Source of the DNA: Candidatus Thorarchaeota archaeon
GTDB lineage: Archaea; Asgardarchaeota; Thorarchaeia; Thorarchaeales; Thorarchaeaceae
Reading direction: 5' to 3'
NCBI GenBank assembly: GCA_029855935.1
Contig: JAGSHN010000025.1
Span: 147,135 to 211,134 of the forward strand
Length of the DNA: 64,000 bases
Of this stretch, positions 42,379 through 50,900 are shown one piece after another. A program made the translations under genes and the position numbers. Below the pieces are notes generated by a model that saw nothing but the letters and a program-made list of their open reading frames with translations, did not search any database and was not told where the DNA came from. The number at the start of each line of letters is the position of its first letter. The stretch's first letter is position 1.

Positions 42379-43656
42379 CTATTCAGTGGCACCAGCCGAG
42401 TCGTGGCTCTCCAGAAGTGCGTCGGCGACCTTCTTCACCCTCGGCCTGTAGCCACGAGTCGTGTACACCCGGATTGTCCGCATAGGGCTCTCCAGACCTC
42501 TCGCAATTGGGCTCACATCACGGATCTCCCAGAACTCGTATCCCCTGGAGCCTCGTTCATACATGGCAATCTGACTGAGAGGATAGCGGCCAGGATAGAA
42601 CATCACAGAGGGACGGTCCGGGATGTCCACATAGACCCTCAGGGGATCGATTCCCACATCCTCTGCAATCTCTCGCTCCACGGCTCTCCGTCCCTCAGGA
42701 GTAGACAGCTGCTTGAGCATCTGAGGGTCGGAGATTGACCTCATGCTGGCGACCTTTATCAGGTCACGCCGTCGGAAGGCATTGAATATGTCACTGGCGG
42801 TCAGAAAGTCCTCAGAGGCCTCACTCGGCGGGTCGAGCAGCACGTGATGAAATGTCAGATCATCATAGGCGAAATATTCAGTCGGGTCCCGTTCAGGCGA
42901 GCCAACGAGCTCACGACCGGCCAGCTCGAGAATACGCAACAGCATAAGCTCCGCCGCCCGGACCGTCTTGTGGTAGTAGACCGCCTCGAACATGTTCGCG
43001 CCGGCCGACAGATATGAGTCGAGTGTATAGCGCGCGGCTCGGGAGATGACAAGCCGGTTTTTCGCGACGCGAAGAGATGAGAATAACCTGTTGATCTCCA
43101 GAGGGGCATAGTCGACACCTGCAAAGTAGGCATCGCGCTCGAGGCTGTCCATCAACTCGGGGTTGACGGGCACTGACTCAAGGTCGACGCGAATCGACCT
43201 CACAGGAATGCCCCTCTGGAGAGCGTCGATGACCTCCTCCCGCGACAGCGTGCTGTCATTGACTATGTCTCCGGCCTCCGTGCCTCGGATGGCCTCCACA
43301 GCAAGGGACTTCCTGGTGGCGCCCAGACCGTTGAGGTATTCCTCCATAGGATTGGCCCACGCCCCTCGTGCGACACTGAGAAGTAGAGAGACAAGCCGCG
43401 CCAGCGCTATCACGTGGGCGTCGCGCGCAAGATGGTCGAAGAGGAGATGGCTGAGGTCAAGAAAGCCCAGCATATGCCCCATCAGCGATGTGTCCGCCCC
43501 GGGATACACCTTGTAGACGCCCGCTGGCCAGCGGATGTTTCGTAGACGCTGTGTGAGTCGCAGGTCTAGGATCTTCTCCTCAGTCTCTGTGAGTTCGATG
43601 TAGCCTCGTACAGGGTCCTTTATCTGTAAGGTCGTCTTGAGGTTAATCAGAGGCAT
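42379..43656 (-). CDS. HD-domain dNTP triphosphohydrolase-like protein (SAMHD1/YwfO type) with a degenerate active site
   Basis: IKDPVRGYI, QRLRNI, VYPGA and VYYHKTVR are present, but there is no HD dyad. Confidence 0.75.
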   Translation of the reverse strand: MPLINLKTTLQIKDPVRGYIELTETEEKILDLRLTQRLRNIRWPAGVYKVYPGADTSLMGHMLGFLDLSHLLFDHLARDAHVIALARLVSLLLSVARGAWANPMEEYLNGLGATRKSLAVEAIRGTEAGDIVNDSTLSREEVIDALQRGIPVRSIRVDLESVPVNPELMDSLERDAYFAGVDYAPLEINRLFSSLRVAKNRLVISRAARYTLDSYLSAGANMFEAVYYHKTVRAAELMLLRILELAGRELVGSPERDPTEYFAYDDLTFHHVLLDPPSEASEDFLTASDIFNAFRRRDLIKVASMRSISDPQMLKQLSTPEGRRAVEREIAEDVGIDPLRVYVDIPDRPSVMFYPGRYPLSQIAMYERGSRGYEFWEIRDVSPIARGLESPMRTIRVYTTRGYRPRVKKVADALLESHDSAGATE

Positions 43657-43868
43657 ATTGGCCTGCAGGCCTCCATCTGAGGATAGGCTCTCAGGGAACT
43701 GCTCACTCAGAGGGTCATCTTGTATATTACTCTTGGCAATGACGACTCTATGCGTGGTGACATCGCCACGTCGCCCACACTAGGAGATTCGTTTCGCAGC
43801 ATAGTAGCCGGGTGTGGCAGGCCCAGGAAACTTGTCCCGCGCCTGGGCCCGACCTTCACCAGAGCAGA

Positions 43869-44774
43869 CTACGTGAAAGTGCGCAGCAGAATATCCCATC
43901 TGTGCTGGACGTAGGCCTGCAGCTCGGCAATCTTCTTCTCATCCTTCTTTGGCTTGAAGAGCCGAGAGAAGCGGCCCTGTAGTTTGAGGAACTCCTCTAT
44001 CGGCTTTCGCTTCGAGGGATCCTGATACCTCTTGCTCTGCGGACTGAGTCTGAACTCGTCACCAATCCGCTCCCAGAGGATCCAGTAGCCTGTCTCGACT
44101 GCGAGCTTGCCGACCTCGACGCCCTTCTCGACGGGATAGTTCCACGCCTGCGGACACGGGATGAAGATATGGATGAACTTGGGACCGTGTATCTCGCGGG
44201 CGCGACGGAACTTGTCGTACAGATCGCGCGGATAGGCTGCATTTGCTGTAGCTTGGTAGGCTGGCTCGTGTGCAGCGACAACGAGGTCCAGCATCTTCTC
44301 AGGTTCAGTCTTGCCGTACCACGTGGTGGTCGTCTGCGCATAGAGCGGAGTTGCACCCGACCGCTGCGTTCCGGTGTTGGAATACACCTGATTGTTGTAG
44401 CAGACGTAGAGGAAATCGGTTCGACGCTCGAAGGCCCCGCTCAGTGCCTGAATTCCAATGTCGAATGTGCCTCCGTCACCGGCCCAGACCATGACCTGAG
44501 TGTCATCACGACCCTTGACCTTCAGTGCTGCACGCACGCCGGACGCCGTGGCGGCTGCTGCCATAAAGGCTGTGTTCAGAACTGGGACACCCAGCCCGGA
44601 CTTTGGCCAGAGCGACTGAATGACGCTGGTGCAGCAGGCAGGCACGACTTGGATGACGTCGCCCTCAAGCGCCTTCAACGCGTGACGCAGAGACAGAGTG
44701 TCCATACATCCCGCACAGGCGGCGTTGCCCTTGAGCACATATTCCTTCATCGGCATCTCTCTTATCGCTACCAT
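43869..44774 (-). CDS. porB: 2-oxoacid:ferredoxin oxidoreductase beta subunit
   Basis: ACAGC, GDGG...NN ThDP motif, NTGTQRS and PCP. Confidence 0.93.
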   Translation of the reverse strand: MVAIREMPMKEYVLKGNAACAGCMDTLSLRHALKALEGDVIQVVPACCTSVIQSLWPKSGLGVPVLNTAFMAAAATASGVRAALKVKGRDDTQVMVWAGDGGTFDIGIQALSGAFERRTDFLYVCYNNQVYSNTGTQRSGATPLYAQTTTTWYGKTEPEKMLDLVVAAHEPAYQATANAAYPRDLYDKFRRAREIHGPKFIHIFIPCPQAWNYPVEKGVEVGKLAVETGYWILWERIGDEFRLSPQSKRYQDPSKRKPIEEFLKLQGRFSRLFKPKKDEKKIAELQAYVQHRWDILLRTFT

Positions 44775-44780
44775 CTTGCA

Positions 44781-45959
44781 TCACTCCAGTAGGTCGTGCC
44801 ACGTCTCCTCCGGACCCAACTCTCCGGTCTCGACGGCCCTGACAGTGGCGAGGATGATCTCCTTGATGTCCTCGACAGTCACATCCCTGCCACCAAGTCC
44901 GCCAATGTAGCTCTTGACAAAGGGCCGGTGGGGCGAGTGGTACAATGCGGCGCGGATATCGTTGGCAGCGTGACCACCAAAACCGTACGATACCCCTCGG
45001 TCAAAGCTCGCGAACGCCTTGACGTGCGAGGCGAGCTTGCGTATCTCCTCAACGGGGAATGGGCGATACATCCTGATGCGGGCCACGCCGACCTTGTATC
45101 CCTGTTCACGAAGTTCATCGACAGCATCGATGGCCTCAGCACCGACAGTACCTTGAGCAGTGAAGACGACCTCGGCGTCGTCACACCTGTGTTGGGCAAT
45201 CATTCCTCCGAAATACTTGCCGAAGAGCTTCTTGTACTCCGCCTCAATCTCGGGATAGACCTTGAGGGAATTCTTGGATCCCTCGTGCATCTGGTATCTG
45301 AACTCCTGATAGTACTCCGGAAAGACAATGTTGCCGTGGGAGATGGGATTGTCCGGGTCCATCACCCAGTGAGGCGGCTTGTAGGGAGGCAGGAACTCGT
45401 CCACCTCCTCTGGCTCAAGATAGTCGAAGGGTGACACGGTGTGGCTCAGCACGAAGCCATCAGCGCTGACCATCACGGGCATGAGAACGCGCTCGTCCTC
45501 GGCAAGTCTGAAGGCCTGGATTATCGTGTGATAGAACTCATCAACACTGGCCACATAGAACTGGATCCAACCGGTGTCGCGCTTGCTCATGCTGTCGTCG
45601 TGGGTGACGTGAATATTCCACGACGGAGAGACAGAGCGGTTGATGTTCGCCAGTACGATGGGTAGCCGTGCTGCCGCGGCCCAGTGGAGAGCCTCGTCCA
45701 TCAGCAGGAGACCATTGGATGACGTCGCGGTGAAGGCGCGGGCACCAGCAGAGCTCGCACCAATACACGCAAACATGGCCGAGTGCTCAGACTCGACACG
45801 AATGAACTCGCCCTTGTAGATGCCTTCCTCGTCGAGAAGCGCAATCTGCTCGGGAACCGTTGTTGCTGGAGTGATTGGGTAGGCCGCAACAACCTCCACT
45901 CGGGCGGACACGACTGCCCTTGCGGCTGCATAGTTGGCACTCATAAGCATAGTCTTCAT
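44781..45959 (-). CDS. porA: 2-oxoacid:ferredoxin oxidoreductase alpha subunit
   Basis: YPITP, ESEHSA, TATSS and GLGGRD motifs. Confidence 0.94.
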   Translation of the reverse strand: MKTMLMSANYAAARAVVSARVEVVAAYPITPATTVPEQIALLDEEGIYKGEFIRVESEHSAMFACIGASSAGARAFTATSSNGLLLMDEALHWAAAARLPIVLANINRSVSPSWNIHVTHDDSMSKRDTGWIQFYVASVDEFYHTIIQAFRLAEDERVLMPVMVSADGFVLSHTVSPFDYLEPEEVDEFLPPYKPPHWVMDPDNPISHGNIVFPEYYQEFRYQMHEGSKNSLKVYPEIEAEYKKLFGKYFGGMIAQHRCDDAEVVFTAQGTVGAEAIDAVDELREQGYKVGVARIRMYRPFPVEEIRKLASHVKAFASFDRGVSYGFGGHAANDIRAALYHSPHRPFVKSYIGGLGGRDVTVEDIKEIILATVRAVETGELGPEETWHDLLE

Positions 45960-46228
45960 TACTTCGCCCCCGTTCTCTCAGTGGTGCGTACCATCTCGAT
46001 ACACTTCTTCGGGCACACCTGCGCGCAGATTCCACAGCCCTTGCAATAGTCATAGTCTATGTGGGGCGTTCCATCTTCCTCGAGGTCAATCGACGCCTCG
46101 GGGCAGTAGAGCCAGCAGGTCCTGCACCGGCTGCAGCTGTCATAGTCGATTACTGGATCGAAGGTGCGCCAGCTTCCCGTCTTTCCAGTTGAACCAACAA
46201 CGGGAACAGAATACGGACTCTTGGGCAT
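45959..46228 (-). CDS. porD: 2-oxoacid:ferredoxin oxidoreductase delta subunit (2x[4Fe-4S])
   Basis: TGSWR, CSRCRTCWLYCP and YDYCKGCGICAQVCP motifs. Confidence 0.93.
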   Translation of the reverse strand: MPKSPYSVPVVGSTGKTGSWRTFDPVIDYDSCSRCRTCWLYCPEASIDLEEDGTPHIDYDYCKGCGICAQVCPKKCIEMVRTTERTGAK

Positions 46229-46394
46229 CTCAGCCCGACTCCTAGGATTGAGCTTGACCTCGTTGACCACGTGAAACACTTCCAGGTGCGGTCATTACAA
46301 GACAGGAGCCGCACTCCGCAGGTCGGATATTAAGGATTGTGATGTAGTTGAAACTGTCGCCTGCGCCACGCTTAACAACGACAATGTACGACGA

Positions 46395-47246
46395 ATGATG
46401 ACAGAGGCAGATCAGTTGAAGTTCAGAGTCGTACTTGTCCAGGTGCCCTGCGAGGAGGGTAGGCGTGAGGAGAACTCTCAACGTGTCCGTGAACTACTGC
46501 GAACACATCGGTATAGGGCGTCGGAGGACAGCGGACCCGAGTTCATAGTCCTGCCGGAACTGTTCGCCATTGGCTTCAGACATGCCGACTACGAACGTCT
46601 AGGACAGGGGGTTCCAGGGCCTACAGAGGACTTTGTCAGAGAGCTCGCCTCAGAGACAGGGGCCTTTGTTGTCACAACGGACATAGAGGCCCACGGTGAG
46701 AGGTACTACAACACTCTCGTCATGGCGTCCCCACAGGGTCGGACCATCGCGCGATACCGGAAGGTGCACCCCTTCCAAGCAGAGAAGGATGTCTTCGATG
46801 GCGGTGATACTCTCGCTCTCGTCGACATCGGTGACTTGAGAGTTGGCCTGCAGATCTGCTACGACATCAGATTTCCGGAGATGACAAGACGATTGGCACT
46901 TGAAGGCGCAGAGCTCGTTCTCATTCCTGCGGCCTTTCCCAATCCCCGGAGTCATCATTGGGATGCTCTGCTTCAGGCCAGAGCTATCGAGAACCTCTTC
47001 TTTGTGGCTGCGGCTAACCGCGTCGGCTCGGCCTTTGATGGCAAGACGTACTTTGGTCATAGTCAGCTGGTAGACCCGTGGGGCGTCAGGCGCACTGAGA
47101 TAGAGTCAAGTCCACGGGTGATAGTCGGGTCGGGCGACACGGAGGCTGTGAAGAGCGCAAGGACCCAGCTGACCTGCTTCGAGGATCGCCGTCCAGAGGC
47201 CTATGAGAGAGTACAGGTATTCAGATACGACACAACCGTTAAGTGA
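46395..47246 (+). CDS. Carbon-nitrogen hydrolase (nitrilase/omega-amidase family)
   Basis: Catalytic triad motifs LPE, YRKVH and ICYDIRFPE; RAIEN. Confidence 0.92.
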   Translation: MMTEADQLKFRVVLVQVPCEEGRREENSQRVRELLRTHRYRASEDSGPEFIVLPELFAIGFRHADYERLGQGVPGPTEDFVRELASETGAFVVTTDIEAHGERYYNTLVMASPQGRTIARYRKVHPFQAEKDVFDGGDTLALVDIGDLRVGLQICYDIRFPEMTRRLALEGAELVLIPAAFPNPRSHHWDALLQARAIENLFFVAAANRVGSAFDGKTYFGHSQLVDPWGVRRTEIESSPRVIVGSGDTEAVKSARTQLTCFEDRRPEAYERVQVFRYDTTVK

Positions 47247-47279
47247 GCCCGTTGGCAGCAGTGCTTGGAGACAAGACAG

Positions 47280-47795
47280 ATGAGTGATAGAGAGTCCGAG
47301 CGCATCAAGAAGGCCGTCAGAGAGTGGTTCTCCCGCGAAGGCATCAAAGTAGAGAGTATATCGAACCCAAGGGCCGAGTTTCTCTACAAGGTCAAGTTCA
47401 TGAGATTCTTCTTCACAGTGGTCCGGCCCAATGACCAGAAGTTCATCCAGATCGAGTCACAAGTGCTAATCTCCCCGCAGCACCTGAAGAAGCTCACCGC
47501 AGAGAAGATGCAGGAGTTCCAGATCAAGGCGATGCGCTTTGCGTTCACCCAGGACATCAGTATGGGCTTTATACAGCCACGCCCAGGACAGCCAGGACCG
47601 AAACCACCCGGCCCGGGGTTTGTGGTCTCCGACAGGATCTATGATGACGCTTTCAGCGCCGACATGCTCTGGAGAACAATGCGCAAGGTACATCGCATTG
47701 TGGACATGGTCATTCACATTCTGAACGACATCACAGGCGACACACCCGGCAAGGCACCCGAGCCAACAGAAGAGGGACCCTCGTACTATACCTGA
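47280..47795 (+). CDS. DUF2299-like archaeal protein
   Basis: W..EG start, ISPQH and RIYDDAFS pattern. Confidence 0.55.
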   Translation: MSDRESERIKKAVREWFSREGIKVESISNPRAEFLYKVKFMRFFFTVVRPNDQKFIQIESQVLISPQHLKKLTAEKMQEFQIKAMRFAFTQDISMGFIQPRPGQPGPKPPGPGFVVSDRIYDDAFSADMLWRTMRKVHRIVDMVIHILNDITGDTPGKAPEPTEEGPSYYT

Positions 47796-47825
47796 GGCAG
47801 GATGTCCATCCCAAGTCTTTCCTCT

Positions 47826-47837
47826 AAACCTATATAT
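47826..47837 (+). promoter_or_regulatory. Putative BRE-TATA for the giant surface protein gene
   Basis: AAACC-TATATAT about 120 bp upstream of ATG 47958. Confidence 0.35.
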
Positions 47838-47957
47838 CTCTGCGTGCGTTGACGAATACACGAGTTGGTTCGGTTGGCAACGTCCACCAGACTGAACTGG
47901 CCACCGATATTGACAGTTGCATCAGCACCCCGCTACCAGCACCAGTGAGGAATCTCA

Positions 47958-50900
47958 ATGAAACGCGCCCTCATCGTAGCCACGGTCCTCGTCTTGGTCA
48001 TGGTACTGGCACCCGTCCAAGAGAGTCCAGTCAGAGTGCTCCCAAGTAAGACCATTCCGGCCATAGTACCACAAGGCCGAGGAATGGAAAAGGCAGTCGG
48101 CTCCGCTGGCGGCCAAGGACAGCCTACTCAGGCAATCGAGTATTTTGCAACACAGATGACCTCTCAGAGAGTGAGCATCATGAACTCCTACTCGAATACC
48201 TCATACCACAGCGGGGTGATTGACCTGTCCGGACATCAGATCTCCGGCTGGACACTGTACAGGGTCACAATGGATGTTTCCAACATCACCGCCGCACCAG
48301 AGAGGGAGTCCGTGACAGACCCCGACCCCGCACAGAACACCGTCGGCAATGTGTTCAGGATCTACTACGACTCCGACACTGCGCTGACGACCGACGCACT
48401 GGCACAGGGCTTCTACTCCGACCAGCCCTTCGATGGCGCGCTCGTCAACTACTCCATCCGGTACTGGACGCTCATCTACAACCCTGCGACCTATGGGACA
48501 GCGTACTTTGTGGTGCGCTCCGACTACTCGGACAGCACGAGCAACGTCACCAACCCCGTTGCGGTGCAGTATGTCACGACCAACACCACTGCGAACATCA
48601 CCTGCTCCCTGAACCTCCTCAATGCCTCCACCACGTACTACGCCCTCATAGATGGCGAGTCTCTGCACTCCGCCTTTGGAGTATTCCCTGACATCATGTG
48701 GCACTATCAGTCCAAGGCGACGGACACCCTCGACAGCAGGAAGCACCTCCGCGGAGGTGGCTGGCCTCAGATCAACTCATATGACGCGTACCTGCTGTAC
48801 ACGTTCATCCCGTGGAACAGGACGACAGGCACGCCCCTTGACCTGACGGGTCGTCCCGACCAAGTGGACCTGCGGGCAAACGGCACTCTGCTGAGCGCGC
48901 CCGAGGCGGGCGCGTCGTCAACCCCTGACTGGGAGTTCACCTCTCCTACGGGAGAGAACATCACGTTCATCCGGTTCACGAGTAACCAGTCGGTCTACGT
49001 CTTTCACGACCTGACGCTGTGGTATCGCAGGATCACCAATTCGGACACGATATGGAGCGTGAGTAGTCCAGGGGGCAGCGTACAATGGAATGCAACAATG
49101 GCCGTGAGCTATCCCTCTGTACCTAGCAAAACGGGGCAATATGTCAACCTCTCCGTTCCTGCAGATTGGGATGCAACAGGTCTGTATGAGCAGTCCGCCC
49201 CAGCAACTAATCACACGCAGTTCGATCAATACGGGACGACGGTGGTTGCAAGTTCAATGTCGGATGGCACCTGGACTCTTGTTTCGTCGGCACCGAACTA
49301 TGTGGCGTCAATCGACTCGGTTTCGGAGGCTGTGATAACAAGTAATGTCACAATCAGGAACTACATTCAAGACTCCTCGTCCGTGAATGCCTCCACAGGA
49401 AGCACTAACCTGACGGTATCAAAGACGGGTGCCACGGTGTGGGCGCCTCAGAATGAAACAGTGATCGATGGTGTCACCACCTACGTGTGGGTCATCAGCA
49501 ACTGGACGACGGAAGGAGGCACATACCTTGTTGAGGTCTACTGGGCCAATGGCACAGAGGCTGGATTCCGTTCTGTGGAGATACACGTATACATCCCCAC
49601 GTCACTGTATGCCACTACACCCACCATATCTGCCTACGTGGACAGCTCTTTTGACATAGAGGTGTTCTTCAACGACACCTTCACTCCGGAGGGGTTGAAC
49701 GGCACACGAGCAACGGTTCAGTACTCCTTTGACGGCGGGTCGAATACAACGATGGGTGACCTTGGCAATGGCACGTGGACCGCCACTGTGTCGACTGTAG
49801 GAATGAGTCCAGGGGACTATGAGGTCACAGTCTTTGGGACTGGTAGCTACCTTGAGAATCATAGCATAGTCATAGATGTCACACTCGTCTATTCCACGGC
49901 ACCACTGGAGATCACGTGGACCAACGGAGACAACATCACCTACTACCAGACTACGACTCTTCAAGTCAACTACACTCTCCAAAATGGTACGGCGGTCAGT
50001 GGAGCGTGGGTAAATGTCACGATTGGAGGAACTACGTGGAACCTCACGTACAACGGCCTCCTTGGACTCTACGAGATTCAGCTGAATGGTAGCGACCCGG
50101 TTCCAGGAATCGGCACATACAGCGTCAGCGTCTCAGCCTGGAGAGTAGACTACGAGTCCCAGACAAATTCCACACTGACGTTCACCATCAGACCCGAGCC
50201 CACGAACATCACAGTGTCGTGGACATCCGCAACCTTCGACTGGACAGACTCAAGAACCCTAGTTGTGAACTACACGGACTCGTATGGGACGCCAATCTCT
50301 GGTGCAACACAGCTTCAGGTCCTTGTCAATGGCACGGAATACTCACTTCAGCCCTCAGGAAATGTCTATCAGATAGTGTTCAACAACTCCTTCGATCTTG
50401 GTCATCATATTGTATCGGTCAACATCAGCAAGTATGGGTATGTTCCCGGCACGCAGGAGGGCATTACCTTTGACATCACAGAGACCGTCACAACCCTCAC
50501 GGTGACGTGGTTCCCAGCCGATGTGGTCGTCCCGTATACGAGTGACCTCGTCTTGACTGTCGACTACTACTATGCTGGCGGGGATGTGCCCGCCACCGCT
50601 ACTGTGAACGTCAGTATTGACGGCAACAGGTATAACCTCACATATGACGGAGCAGTCTGGAGCGTCGCGATACCAGCAAGCAACCTCGGGTTCGGGCAGT
50701 TCAATGCCACCGTGTTTGCGTGGCTGTACGGCTACGAGGCAAGAACAAATGTGACCTACAATGTGACCGTCGTAGTCGCGACCCTCACCATCTCCACAAC
50801 CTGGACATCACTGGACCTGTACTACACACACCAAGGACCACTCAATGTGACCGTCACCGACCAACTCGGCTCACCGGTTTTCGGGGCCGAGGTGAACGCC

